Source of the DNA: Candidatus Latescibacterota bacterium
Lineage (GTDB): Bacteria > Latescibacterota > UBA2968
Reading direction: 5' to 3'
Length of the DNA stretch: 64,000 bases
NCBI GenBank assembly: GCA_965116885.1
Contig: OZ220741.1
Span: forward strand, 3,264,001 to 3,328,000
Part shown: positions 20,234-30,034 of the stretch, in pieces
How positions within the stretch are numbered: position 1 is the stretch's first letter
How the letters are laid out: every line of letters starts with the position of its first letter
Translations under genes and position numbers: made by a program
The notes under the pieces: generated by a model
Told to the model about the DNA's origin: nothing
Seen by the model: only the letters and a program-made list of their open reading frames with translations
Databases searched by the model: none

Positions 20234-22879
20234 TTACTCTTCCAGTGCAGCGTGGGCGGCTGCCAGGCGGGCGATGGGTACGCGGAAGGGGGAACAGGAT
20301 ACGTAGTCCATGCCGATGTTGTGGCAGAAGTGTACAGAGGACGGATCGCCGCCGTGTTCGCCGCAGATGCCCACTTTGAGGTCGCTGCGAGCGCCGCGTC
20401 CGTTTTTGGTGCCGAGTTCGACGAGTTGCCCCACGCCGGTCTGGTCGAGGGTCTGGAAGGGGTCGTTTTCGAGGATGCCCTTTTCGACGTATTCGCCCAG
20501 GAATTTGCCGGCGTCGTCGCGCGAGTAACCATAGGTCATTTGCGTGAGGTCGTTGGTGCCAAACGAGAAAAACTCTGCGTGTTCGGCAATTTCGGCGGCG
20601 GTGAGGGCAGCGCGGGGGATTTCGATCATGGTGCCGACGAGATACGCGACGCGCTTGCCGGTTTCGCTTTCTACTGCGCGGGCCACGCGATCCGTCATAA
20701 TTTTGAGTTCGGTAAATTCTTTGACCGTGCCCACGAGTGGGATCATGATTTCGGGAACGGCTTTGGATCCCACATTGGCGGCGGCTTCGAGGATGGCGCG
20801 CACCTGCATTTCGTAAATTTCCGGATAGGTGATGCCCAGCCGACAGCCGCGATGCCCGAGCATGGGATTAAATTCGTTGAGGGATTCGACCTTGTCCTGA
20901 ATCACGCGCAACGAGGTATCGAGCCGCCTTGCCATTTCCTCTTGCTGGTCGCTCTCATGTGGGAGAAACTCGTGCAGGGGAGGGTCGAGCAAGCGAATGG
21001 TCACGGGCAGCCCTGCCATGGCATTGAAAATGCCTTCAAAGTCGCCACGCTGGATGGGCAACAGCTTTTCGAGGGCGCCACGGCGGCCTTCTTCATCATC
21101 GGCGAGAATCATTTCGCGCACGATATTGATGCGGTCGCCTTCAAAAAACATGTGTTCCGTGCGGCACAGGCCAATGCCTTCGGCGCCAAATTCGCGCGCA
21201 ACAGCCGAATCGTGTGGTGTGTCCGCATTGGTGCGCACATTGAGTGTGCGAATTTCGTCGGCCCAGCTCATCAAGGTGGCAAAATCGCCCGAGAGTTCAG
21301 GCTCCTGTGTGGGAACCTGGCCGAGCATGACTTCGCCCGTGGAACCGTCAATGGAGACCCAGTCGCCGCCTTTGACAACTGTATCGCCGACAGAGAACTG
21401 ATTCGCAGTGTAGTCGATGGCGAGATCGCCACAACCAGCCACACAGCATTTACCCATACCGCGAGCAACCACGGCGGCGTGTGAGGTCATACCCCCGCGT
21501 GCGGTGAGAATGCCCTGTGCGGCGTTCATGCCGCCGATGTCTTCGGGCGAGGTTTCAAGACGCACCAGCAGAACATGCTCGCCCTGTTCGGCGGCTTCTT
21601 CGGCTTCTTCAGCGAGAAAGACGACCTTTCCCGATGCAGCACCCGGTGAAGCGGGTAATCCCGTAGCCAATACATTGCGTTCAACTGAGGGGTCGAAAGT
21701 GGGGTGCAGGAGTTGGTCGAGTTGTTCGGGATCCACGCGTTGCACGGCTTCGCTCCGGGTGATTAGTCCTTCGTTGACCATGTCAACGGCAATTTTGACG
21801 GCGGCAGCCGCAGTGCGTTTGCCATTGCGGGTTTGCAGCATCCAGAGTTTGCTCTGTTGCACGGTAAATTCGATGTCCTGCATGTCCCGATAGTGATTTT
21901 CGAGTGATTGGTAGATATCTTCAAGTGTTTGATAGGCTTCGGGTTGTCTGCTCTTCAGGCGTTCTACGGGTTCGGGGGTGCGTACGCCTGCGACCACGTC
22001 TTCGCCCTGTGCGTTGGTGAGAAATTCGCCGTAAAATGTGTTTTCACCCGTGGATGGGTCGCGCGTAAATGCAACGCCTGTGGCGCAGTCATCGCCCATG
22101 TTGCCATAGACCATGGACTGTACGTTGACGGCTGTTCCCCAGTCTCCGGGGATATTCTCCAGACGCCGATAGGTGATGGCGCGATCCGCCTGCCATGAGC
22201 CAAATACCGCGCCAATACCGCCCCAGAGTTGCTCGATGGGATCGGTGGGGAAATTTTGTCCCGTGCGTGTTTTGACGATGTCTTTGAACATATCGACGAG
22301 GGTTTTGAGGTCCTCTACGGTCATGTCGAGGTCGTCTTCGATGCCGCGCTTTTCTTTTATTTCCTCAATAGCGGCTTCAAAGGGGTCTATTTCGAGGCCC
22401 TCGGGAGTCACGCCCATTACCACATCGCCATAGGTCTGGATGAAGCGACGATAAGAGTCCCATCCAAAACGCGGGTTGTTGCTTCTGGCTATGAGACCTT
22501 CTGTGATTTCATCGTTGAGGCCGAGGTTGAGTACGGTTTCCATCATGCCGGGCATGGAGACGCGCGCACCCGAGCGCACGGACAGGAGCAATGGGTTTGT
22601 CGCATCGCCGAATTTGCCGCCCATCACATTTTCGAGTTTGGCAACGTTGTCCAGGACCTGTTTTTCAAGGGCGTCGGGATATTGTTTGTCGTGGTCGTAA
22701 TAATACGTGCAAACCTCGGTGGTTATGGTAAATCCGGCGGGCACGGGAATGCCCAGACCCGACATTTCTGCGAGGTTCGCGCCTTTGCCACCGAGCAAGT
22801 TGCGCATTTCTGCAGAGCCTTCGGCGTTGCCATCGCCAAAGAAATAGACGTATTTTTCTTCTTGTTTTGCTGTTGCCAT
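20234..22879 (-). CDS. ppdK: Pyruvate, phosphate dikinase
   Basis: LLGGKGANLAEM, GGMTSHAAVVARG phospho-His motif, GLCRTEHMF, GICGEHGG. Confidence 0.97.
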   Translation of the reverse strand: MATAKQEEKYVYFFGDGNAEGSAEMRNLLGGKGANLAEMSGLGIPVPAGFTITTEVCTYYYDHDKQYPDALEKQVLDNVAKLENVMGGKFGDATNPLLLSVRSGARVSMPGMMETVLNLGLNDEITEGLIARSNNPRFGWDSYRRFIQTYGDVVMGVTPEGLEIDPFEAAIEEIKEKRGIEDDLDMTVEDLKTLVDMFKDIVKTRTGQNFPTDPIEQLWGGIGAVFGSWQADRAITYRRLENIPGDWGTAVNVQSMVYGNMGDDCATGVAFTRDPSTGENTFYGEFLTNAQGEDVVAGVRTPEPVERLKSRQPEAYQTLEDIYQSLENHYRDMQDIEFTVQQSKLWMLQTRNGKRTAAAAVKIAVDMVNEGLITRSEAVQRVDPEQLDQLLHPTFDPSVERNVLATGLPASPGAASGKVVFLAEEAEEAAEQGEHVLLVRLETSPEDIGGMNAAQGILTARGGMTSHAAVVARGMGKCCVAGCGDLAIDYTANQFSVGDTVVKGGDWVSIDGSTGEVMLGQVPTQEPELSGDFATLMSWADEIRTLNVRTNADTPHDSAVAREFGAEGIGLCRTEHMFFEGDRINIVREMILADDEEGRRGALEKLLPIQRGDFEGIFNAMAGLPVTIRLLDPPLHEFLPHESDQQEEMARRLDTSLRVIQDKVESLNEFNPMLGHRGCRLGITYPEIYEMQVRAILEAAANVGSKAVPEIMIPLVGTVKEFTELKIMTDRVARAVESETGKRVAYLVGTMIEIPRAALTAAEIAEHAEFFSFGTNDLTQMTYGYSRDDAGKFLGEYVEKGILENDPFQTLDQTGVGQLVELGTKNGRGARSDLKVGICGEHGGDPSSVHFCHNIGMDYVSCSPFRVPIARLAAAHAALEE

Positions 22880-23051
22880 TGCGTCCTCCAAAGGGGTTCA
22901 AGTCGGGGCACGACAGTGTGCCCCCGGGATATTTTGGCAGGAAAAAATATAATAGGGCAAAAAAACGAGCAAGGATTTTGTTTGAATTAAAAATTAAGAA
23001 TGGGGAGCAGAGCGGGCTGGCTGATGAAGAAGATGGGCTGGAGCGAGCTGA

Positions 23052-24194
23052 CTACTCATTACTGGAAGTATCGGGCTGTGAGGTTTGGATTGAATCAATC
23101 AATGATTTTACCTGATTGAACTGGGTGTTGCTTTCCCAGCCGAGGATGGTTTGCAAAATGCTGCGACGCCCCACGTAGATACGCAAATCAGCGGTAGATC
23201 CAAAGCTCAGGGCAATGGGGGTTTGTTTGACGGCGACTTCCAGGCCAAAGGTGCGAACATTGCCTTCGTGAATGGCATACCCATGGACTTCGGACACTTC
23301 GCCATGACCGACAAAACCTTCGCGGTCGGTAAAGAGATTGCTCAATATTTCGACGGGTTGACCAGAGCGCACCTTCCACGCACTGGTTTCGGGCATCCAG
23401 GCACCGATGACTGTACCTTCGCCTTCTCCTGCGATGATCATGACAATGGCACCTTGATTGGCCTGCATGCCTGGATAGAGATCCTGGCGGGCTACCACGC
23501 CACTGACTGGCGCACGCAGGGTGGCGCGTTCGAGGGCTTCGCGCGCGGCTTCGAGATTGTGTTTTGCCTTGTCCAGAGATGCCTGGGTTTGGCGCACTGC
23601 TGCTTCGGCTTGTTGAATTTCGGCGGGCAGGGGACCGCGTCTTACCAGATTGAGATTTTCGAGTTCGACTTTTAAGCTGGCCTCAGCCAGGTCGTAACTG
23701 GTTTTGGCGCGTTCGTAGTCTTCCTGACTGAAGAGCCGCTGGCCTTCATAAAGAGCCTGGGCGCGTTTGAGGTCCTGTTGCCGGGCCGTGAGATTAATGC
23801 GCGCTTGCTCAACGCGCGATTCGGCTATTTTGAGTTCTTCGGGAGTTGGCTGTGCGCGCAGCAGGGCAAGCCGCGCCTGTGCGGCTTCGAGGTTGGCGAT
23901 TTCCCGTTTGATTTCTTGTTCGGAGGTTGCGGCTACCGCTCTCAAATTGCCGTCGTAGAGTCGGGCGACGGGTTGACCGGCTATGACGGAGTCGCCGGGT
24001 TCTGCGAGAATTTCGTGGATGTCCTGGCTCATGGGCGAGTTGATATATATTTTATCTCCTGGTTCTACAATGCCTTGAGCCATCACGATATCGTCAATCT
24101 GGATCAGTGCGAGGGCGAGTGCAATGGCCCCAATCACACCGAAGACCCAGAGTAGCCATTTGACAATTCTGCCTTTTCGGCGACGGCGCATCAT
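23052..24194 (-). CDS. HlyD family efflux/secretion periplasmic adaptor
   Basis: N-terminal TM, lipoyl half-motifs (EPGDSVIAGQPV; LRAPVSGVV), long coiled coil. Confidence 0.85.
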   Translation of the reverse strand: MMRRRRKGRIVKWLLWVFGVIGAIALALALIQIDDIVMAQGIVEPGDKIYINSPMSQDIHEILAEPGDSVIAGQPVARLYDGNLRAVAATSEQEIKREIANLEAAQARLALLRAQPTPEELKIAESRVEQARINLTARQQDLKRAQALYEGQRLFSQEDYERAKTSYDLAEASLKVELENLNLVRRGPLPAEIQQAEAAVRQTQASLDKAKHNLEAAREALERATLRAPVSGVVARQDLYPGMQANQGAIVMIIAGEGEGTVIGAWMPETSAWKVRSGQPVEILSNLFTDREGFVGHGEVSEVHGYAIHEGNVRTFGLEVAVKQTPIALSFGSTADLRIYVGRRSILQTILGWESNTQFNQVKSLIDSIQTSQPDTSSNE

Positions 24195-24216
24195 GGGATT
24201 ATTTTTTTCCTTTTGC

Positions 24217-24244
24217 TTGACAGATTTCGGCAGAATGGTATATT
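24217..24244 (+). promoter_or_regulatory. Sigma70 promoter of tRNA-Lys
   Basis: TTGACA-N16-TATATT with an extended -10 TG. Confidence 0.6.
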
Positions 24245-24271
24245 TTACAATTCTATACCAAAATCCTGGAT

Positions 24272-24344
24272 GGGCGCGTAGCTCAGGCGGTAGAGCAACG
24301 GCCTTTTAAGCCGTGGGTCGCAGGTTCGAATCCTGCCGCGCTCA
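24272..24344 (+). tRNA. tRNA-Lys(TTT), CCA not encoded
   Basis: Acceptor gggcgcg/cgcgctc; anticodon arm acggc-CTTTTAA-gccgt; GGTTCGAATCC T-arm. Confidence 0.95.
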
Positions 24345-24357
24345 CTATTACAAAACG

Positions 24358-24389
24358 GCCCTGAATCACAATGATTTCAGGGCTTTTTT
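24358..24389 (+). terminator. Terminator after tRNA-Lys
   Basis: gccctgaa...ttcagggc followed by a T tract. Confidence 0.7.
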
Positions 24390-24499
24390 CGTGCCCATTA
24401 CGAGTAAATATAGTGAATAAATTTATTATATTGTTTTGCAAAGGTCAAGAAAGTTCTAAATAAAAGTTATGATTTGGGACCGCTATATTGCGAGGTAAC

Positions 24500-24528
24500 T
24501 TGACATCACAACGGGTATTAAATATATT
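24500..24528 (+). promoter_or_regulatory. Sigma70 promoter of the cys cluster
   Basis: TTGACA-N17-TATATT upstream of cysH. Confidence 0.6.
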
Positions 24529-24560
24529 GTGAATCAACGAACTCAAGAATAGGAGATGTT

Positions 24561-25301
24561 GTGCTTACCCGAGAAAAATTGAACGCGCAGTCCCTGGCTC
24601 TTGAAGCGGTACCTCTGGAAGATATTTTGATCTGGGCATGGGAGACGTTGGGTTCTCGCGTGGCGTTTGGTACTGCTTTTGGTGCCAGCGGCATGGTCTT
24701 GCTCGACGTGATGCAAAAGGTTGCGCCACAAATTCCCGTATTTACAATTGACACGGGTTTTCTGTTTCCCGAAACCCTGAGTTTGATCGACCGTGTGGAG
24801 GCGCGCTATGGAATTGAGATTGAGCGGGTGCATTCCCGCTTGAGTGTTGAAGAGCAAGCGCGTGATTACGGTGATGAACTCTACAAGCGGGATGCCGACC
24901 GGTGTTGCTGGTTGCGAAAAGTCGAGCCTTTGCAGCGCAAGTTGTCCCAGTTGAATGGCTGGATTAATAGCCGTCGGCGAGATCAGGGCGATACCCGCAG
25001 CCAAATTTCCATTCTGGAATATTATGAAACAGATGGGCGCGCGTTGCTCAAATTGAATCCCATGGCTCCGTGGACGCGCAAACAGGTCTGGGATTATATT
25101 GTCGAACACGATGTGCCCTATAATCCCTTGATGGATCAGGGCTTTGCCACGATAGGATGCTGGCCCTGCACGAAAGCTGTAGATGCAGATGCAGACGAAC
25201 GCGCCGGTCGTTGGGCGGGTTCGGATAAGACAGAGTGCGGTATCCACACCTTTTTACAGCCGATTGATGCGGCGGTCAATGCCGTGCCTGTTGAATCTTG
25301 A
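24561..25301 (+). CDS. cysH: APS/PAPS reductase (Fe-S type)
   Basis: IDTGFLFPET, CCWLRKVEPL, IGCWPCT, GRW..KTECGIH. Confidence 0.93.
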   Translation: MLTREKLNAQSLALEAVPLEDILIWAWETLGSRVAFGTAFGASGMVLLDVMQKVAPQIPVFTIDTGFLFPETLSLIDRVEARYGIEIERVHSRLSVEEQARDYGDELYKRDADRCCWLRKVEPLQRKLSQLNGWINSRRRDQGDTRSQISILEYYETDGRALLKLNPMAPWTRKQVWDYIVEHDVPYNPLMDQGFATIGCWPCTKAVDADADERAGRWAGSDKTECGIHTFLQPIDAAVNAVPVES

Positions 25302-25414
25302 CATAATGTCGAAAATAGTATTATTTGGATGTAATCGCGGCCCTCTCGTGGGGTCGTTTTTGGTTTATGGAAGCGCGTGAGTGATACTAATTTCCTTTAA
25401 CAACGACTAAATTT

Positions 25415-26359
25415 ATGCGTAGGAAAAAGCTATCAAAGCGTTCTCGCATCCGACACTCGATTCTCGATGCAATAGGCAATACGCCGCTGTTGCGTATCCG
25501 GGAATTGGGTGACAAGATCGAGCCAGGGGTTGAAATCTGGGCGAAGCTGGAGATGTTTAACCCGGGCGGATCGGTCAAAGATCGCCCCGCTTTGCAGATG
25601 ATTGAAGATGCCGAAAAAGCGGGTGTGCTCACGCCGGAGAAAGTGATTTTGGATTCGACTTCGGGCAATACGGGTATTGCGTATGCCATGATCGGTGCGG
25701 CTAAGGGATATCGCGTCGAGCTGGTCATGCCCGAGAGCGTGAGCATTGAGCGACGATACGTCATTCAGTCTTATGGATCTGATCTGGTGTTGAGCGATCC
25801 CCTTGAAGGCTCAGATGGCGCAATTTTGAAATGTCGGGAAATGCTGGCTGCAAATCCCGATTTGTATTACAAACCCGATCAGTACAATAATCCGTCCAAT
25901 TCCAGGGCGCATTATTTGCATACGGCGCCGGAAATCTGGTCGCAGACCCAGGGCAGGGTGACGCATTTTGTGGCGACGTTGGGCACGAGTGGTACTGTCA
26001 TGGGTACTGGCAGGGGGCTGAAGGCATTTAATCCCGATGTGCAGATTATTGCCGTTGAGCCACCCGAATTTCACGGGATTGAGGGTCTGAAAAATATGGA
26101 TGTGTCTATTGTGCCCGGTATTTACGATCCATCGGTGTGGGACCAGAAGATTCGGATTGAAACGGAAGAAGCGTATGATATTGCGCGGTGGTTGACGCGA
26201 GATATGGGTTTGCTGGTGGGGCAGTCTTGTGGTGCCGCGATGGCCGCTGCCCTGAAAGTTGCCGAGACCATAGATGAAGGGGTCATTGTCACGCTGTTTC
26301 CCGATAGTGGTGAAAAGTACATGAGTACGCCTCTGTGGCGGCTCGATCCTGCGAGGTAG
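25415..26359 (+). CDS. cysM: PLP-dependent cysteine synthase, CysM-like
   Basis: NPGGSVKDR, TSGNTG, GTSGT; adjacent to JAMM and sulfur-carrier genes. Confidence 0.8.
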   Translation: MRRKKLSKRSRIRHSILDAIGNTPLLRIRELGDKIEPGVEIWAKLEMFNPGGSVKDRPALQMIEDAEKAGVLTPEKVILDSTSGNTGIAYAMIGAAKGYRVELVMPESVSIERRYVIQSYGSDLVLSDPLEGSDGAILKCREMLAANPDLYYKPDQYNNPSNSRAHYLHTAPEIWSQTQGRVTHFVATLGTSGTVMGTGRGLKAFNPDVQIIAVEPPEFHGIEGLKNMDVSIVPGIYDPSVWDQKIRIETEEAYDIARWLTRDMGLLVGQSCGAAMAAALKVAETIDEGVIVTLFPDSGEKYMSTPLWRLDPAR

Positions 26360-26361
26360 CG

Positions 26362-26817
26362 ATGTTTGACAAAGCGATTTGGGACGCCATGTTTGTCCAC
26401 GCACAGCGGGAATATCCGGCTGAGTGTTGCGGTATTGTGACCGAAGATGCTTCGGGGATACAGACGATTCATCCGTGTGAGAATATCCAGGACAAATTGC
26501 ACGCTGCCGATCCCGAAACCCATCCGCGCACTTCCAGGACGGCTTATCGCATGAACGATATGCATGTGATGAAAATTCAATCGGAGGCGGAACAAGCGGG
26601 TGGGCGGATTGTCGCGATCTATCATTCGCATATCGATGTGGATGCTTATTTTTCTCAAGAGGATCAAGATGCGGCGACATTTTTTGGTGAACCAGCCTAT
26701 CCGGGCGTGGTTTATCCCATTATTCCAGTAAAAAATGCCCGGGTGGATATCGGTGGGGAAAAAGTTTTTCAATGGCGTGATTCGTCATCAAAATTTGAGG
26801 AAGTGGTGATTCGGTGA
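26362..26817 (+). CDS. JAMM/Mov34 metalloprotease (Mec/QbsD-like)
   Basis: YPAECCG and YHSH..AYFSQED JAMM motif. Confidence 0.9.
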   Translation: MFDKAIWDAMFVHAQREYPAECCGIVTEDASGIQTIHPCENIQDKLHAADPETHPRTSRTAYRMNDMHVMKIQSEAEQAGGRIVAIYHSHIDVDAYFSQEDQDAATFFGEPAYPGVVYPIIPVKNARVDIGGEKVFQWRDSSSKFEEVVIR

Positions 26818-26839
26818 GAAATAAAAAAGGAGGTAACAC

Positions 26840-27124
26840 ATGGCTGTCACAGTTCGGATTCCAACGCCTTTGCGCAAATTTACAGGTGATCAATCCGATG
26901 TAGAAGTGCAGGGCGAAACGGTTGGGGAAGCTATCGACAATCTCGAAGCACAGCATGCGGGCATTAAGGAACACATGGTCGATGAGTCGGGCGCTATTCG
27001 ACGCTTTGTCAATGTGTATGTCAACGAAGAGGATATTCGCTTTCTGGACGGTCCCGATACCAGCGTCAAAGATGGCGATCAGGTGACTATTGTGCCTGCG
27101 ATTGCTGGCGGGTGTTCCTTTTAA
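26840..27124 (+). CDS. MoaD/ThiS (CysO-like) sulfur carrier with a C-terminal extension
   Basis: VRIPTPLR, FVNVYVNEEDIRFL, ends PAIAGG-CSF; strong AGGAGGT RBS. Confidence 0.92.
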   Translation: MAVTVRIPTPLRKFTGDQSDVEVQGETVGEAIDNLEAQHAGIKEHMVDESGAIRRFVNVYVNEEDIRFLDGPDTSVKDGDQVTIVPAIAGGCSF

Positions 27125-27140
27125 TCGGTATATCTGACTT

Positions 27141-27572
27141 ATGATGCACATTTCCGCTAAAGGAGATTACGGTTTGCGCGCGGTCTTAGACCTGTGTCTG
27201 CACGATGGGGAAGGGCCAGTTTTGCGTACAGATATCGCTGCGCGGCAAAATATCCCCGCAGCGTATTTGGTACAGTTGCTCAATCTTTTGCGAAAAGCCG
27301 GTTTGGTACACAGTATTCGCGGTCCCAAAGGCGGACATGTGTTGTTGAAACGTCCGGATGAATTGACTGTGGAAGAGGTATTGGCTGCTCTGGAAGGGCC
27401 GGTCAATTTGGTGGATAAGCGCGAAAAGGCTGGGGATGCGGGAACAGATGTGCTCAAAGATGTATGGGAAGCTGTGGGAACCGCTGTACACGATGTCCTG
27501 TCATCGGTGACGTTTGACGATTTGTGTCGAAAGTATCGGGCGCGTCAGATGCCTGTCACATTCCGGATTTGA
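27141..27572 (+). CDS. Rrf2 family regulator (CymR-like, no Fe-S Cys triad)
   Basis: SAKGDYGLRA, SIRGPKGGH; lacks the three IscR cysteines. Confidence 0.88.
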   Translation: MMHISAKGDYGLRAVLDLCLHDGEGPVLRTDIAARQNIPAAYLVQLLNLLRKAGLVHSIRGPKGGHVLLKRPDELTVEEVLAALEGPVNLVDKREKAGDAGTDVLKDVWEAVGTAVHDVLSSVTFDDLCRKYRARQMPVTFRI

Positions 27573-27574
27573 TT

Positions 27575-28495
27575 ATGGATGGCGCGAGAACTGGACATAC
27601 GGTGCTGGATCTGGTGGGCAATACGCCCATGGTACGACTGAACTCGGTGGGGCCTGTAAATGGTGCTCAGATCTGGGCGAAATTGGAATTTTTTAATCCG
27701 GCGGGCAGTGTAAAAGATCGCACGGCACTCGCTATGGTTGAGGCTGCGGAGAAAAATGGGCAGCTCAAACCCGGTATGACCATTGTGGAATCGACCAGTG
27801 GCAATACGGGTATTGGCCTTGCCATGGTGGCTGCGATAAAAAATTATCGGCTGATTATTACCATGCCCGAGGGCGTCAGCGACGAGCGCACCCGATTGCT
27901 CAAAGCTTATGGTGCCGAGGTTGTGCTAACGCCTGCCCGCGATGGGATGCGCGGAGCGATTGAAAAAGCCTGGACGCTTAAGGATAAAAACTGTTTTATT
28001 CCGATGCAGTTTGAAAACCCCGCCAATCCCGAGATTCATCGGCAGACCACTGCCCGAGAGATGATTTTACAACTCGAGGGCGTTCCCGATGCTTTTGTCG
28101 CAGGTGTGGGAACGGGAGGTACCGTGACTGGCGTGGGCGAGGTCTTTAAGCAGGTGCGATCAGATGTGGTGGTCGTCGGGGTAGAGCCAAGGGATTCTGC
28201 GGTGTTATCGGGAGGAGAGCCGGGTCCGACTGAGATCGATGGCCTGGGCGCGGGCATGATTCCAGATGTGCTGAATACGGACATACTGGACCGGGTGATC
28301 GCCGTATCCAATTCGGATGCGCGCAAGATGTCAAAGCGCCTGGCGCGTGAAGAGGGCTTGCTGGTGGGGATTTCGTCGGGTGCAGCAGCACACGCAGCCG
28401 TTGTTGTCGCTTCAGGTATGAGACCTCAACAGACGGTCGCAACGGTATTGTGCGATACCGGTGAACGGTATTTGGGCACGTTTTTATTTGGCTGA
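27575..28495 (+). CDS. cysK: Cysteine synthase A
   Basis: NPAGSVKDR, TSGNTG, QFENPAN, GVGTGGT, GISSGA. Confidence 0.88.
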   Translation: MDGARTGHTVLDLVGNTPMVRLNSVGPVNGAQIWAKLEFFNPAGSVKDRTALAMVEAAEKNGQLKPGMTIVESTSGNTGIGLAMVAAIKNYRLIITMPEGVSDERTRLLKAYGAEVVLTPARDGMRGAIEKAWTLKDKNCFIPMQFENPANPEIHRQTTAREMILQLEGVPDAFVAGVGTGGTVTGVGEVFKQVRSDVVVVGVEPRDSAVLSGGEPGPTEIDGLGAGMIPDVLNTDILDRVIAVSNSDARKMSKRLAREEGLLVGISSGAAAHAAVVVASGMRPQQTVATVLCDTGERYLGTFLFG

Positions 28496-28511
28496 TGCAC
28501 GCGATTGTGAC

Positions 28512-28550
28512 AAAAAACCCGGCATCTTTTTGAGATTGCCGGGGCTTTTT
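28512..28550. terminator. Bidirectional terminator between cysK and rpsT
   Basis: aaaaaacccggca...tgccggggctttt. Confidence 0.7.
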
Positions 28551-28565
28551 GTTTTTGCAGATATT

Positions 28566-28823
28566 TTACGATTCAAGAGCAGCGACGTGGCGCTGTACTT
28601 TCGATTTGTATCGGGCGGCCGCATTGCGGTGGATAACGCCTTTTTGAGCTGTTTTGTCAATTGCGGACTGTGTGCTATTGATCAGTGCCTCCGCTTCTTC
28701 TTTACTATTTGTCGCCAGTATTTTTTTAAGAGAAGTACGCAAAGAAGAGCGTACACTTCTGTTGCGGAGCCTGGCTTTTTCAGCCTGACGCATGCGTTTT
28801 TTTGAAGATGCCAATGTGGGCAA
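28566..28823 (-). CDS. rpsT: 30S ribosomal protein S20
   Basis: SSKKRMRQAEKARLRNRS, IDK..KGVIHRNAAARYKS; TTG start after AGGAGGTG. Confidence 0.95.
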   Translation of the reverse strand: MPTLASSKKRMRQAEKARLRNRSVRSSLRTSLKKILATNSKEEAEALINSTQSAIDKTAQKGVIHRNAAARYKSKVQRHVAALES

Positions 28824-28916
28824 GGGATTCACCTCCTTAGAGAATTTTCCGGAATTCAGAATAGGAAATTTAACCATTTACAGGTATTTGCACAACCCAT
28901 TTTTCATTGAAAAACG

Positions 28917-28967
28917 CGAATCGACGAATCAACGAATAGACGAACCCCGCTCTACCACCCAAAGTCA
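28917..28967. repeat. Dispersed 51-bp repeat (copy B)
   Basis: Matches 7735-7785 at 43/51 positions. Confidence 0.75.
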
Positions 28968-29075
28968 TGGATGAACTGTTATCGCAGTTGTTACCATGCA
29001 TTTTCTTGTTTTTTTCTTTTTCTACAGTATTTTACTGCCCAGGACTTTCAATCAAATCCAAGAGGAGGAACCACA

Positions 29076-30026
29076 ATGGCACCAACTATTTATGTCGGCA
29101 CAATCGGTCAGGGCGTCTGGCGAAGTGAAGATGGTGGCGACTCCTGGCGACGCACGAGCAGCGGTATGTTCTCGGAATCGGATATTCGCGCCATTGCCGT
29201 GCATCCGGGTGATGCGTCAATTCTGTTTGCGGGAACAGAGAACGGTATTTATCGCTCGCAAAATGGAGGGGATAACTGGGAAAAATTGGATTCGCCAATG
29301 AACGGTATGCAAATCTGGTCCATTGCAATTCATCCCAGAAGTCCAGATACGGTTTATGCTGGCACATGTCCTTCTGCGCTGTTTCGGTCGGACGATGGCG
29401 GTGAAACGTGGAAGCAACTTTCCGTGGAGCTCGTCGAGGATTGCGGTGCTATTATTCCGCGCGTCACGACTATTATCACAGATCCGACAGATGATCAGAC
29501 CGTCTATGCGGGTATTGAAATCGATGGCATGCGGATTAGCAGAGACAGCGGTGAGACATGGACATCTGGTAATGAGGGTCTTTCGAGTCTCGATATTCAC
29601 GGCCTCGCGCTTGTGCCCGGAAGTCCAAAAACACTTGTGGCTGGTACCAATAATGATGTGTGTATTACAACCGATATGATGAATTGGACACGGCTCAATG
29701 TGAAAGCAGAGTTTCCCTGGCCCTATTGCAGGGGGGTGCTCTATATGTCAAGTGGTCGGGTGTATGTCGGCGCGGGAAATGGTCCGCCAGGCGATGAAGG
29801 GGGGCTGTTCTACACTTCTGATTTGGGACATTCATGGGCGCGCGCCGATCTGAACGGCAATACAAACAGTACGGTCTGGGCGATTGTTCACAATCCCGCT
29901 GTGCCGAATTTGATAATAGCGTATAGCATTGCCGGACAAATTTTTAGCAGCACCGATAATGGCGATTCCTGGACCAAACTCACCCGCGAGTTCGGCGAAG
30001 TTCGCGCGGTGGCTATTGCGCAGTGA
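29076..30026 (+). CDS. BNR/Asp-box beta-propeller protein (glycosyl hydrolase-like)
   Basis: Repeated SxDGGxTW Asp-boxes; GAGGAGG RBS. Confidence 0.85.
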   Translation: MAPTIYVGTIGQGVWRSEDGGDSWRRTSSGMFSESDIRAIAVHPGDASILFAGTENGIYRSQNGGDNWEKLDSPMNGMQIWSIAIHPRSPDTVYAGTCPSALFRSDDGGETWKQLSVELVEDCGAIIPRVTTIITDPTDDQTVYAGIEIDGMRISRDSGETWTSGNEGLSSLDIHGLALVPGSPKTLVAGTNNDVCITTDMMNWTRLNVKAEFPWPYCRGVLYMSSGRVYVGAGNGPPGDEGGLFYTSDLGHSWARADLNGNTNSTVWAIVHNPAVPNLIIAYSIAGQIFSSTDNGDSWTKLTREFGEVRAVAIAQ

Positions 30027-30034
30027 GATAATTC

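Noticed and set aside
20129..21484. 451-aa plus-strand ORF (also 48940-50061 and 51107-52108 on the minus strand)
   Set aside because: These are antisense shadows of ppdK and the PhyH genes caused by codon bias, with no recognisable motifs.
25335..25362. Riboswitch between cysH and cysM
   Set aside because: Only one hairpin with a T run is visible; no SAM-riboswitch or T-box consensus recognised.
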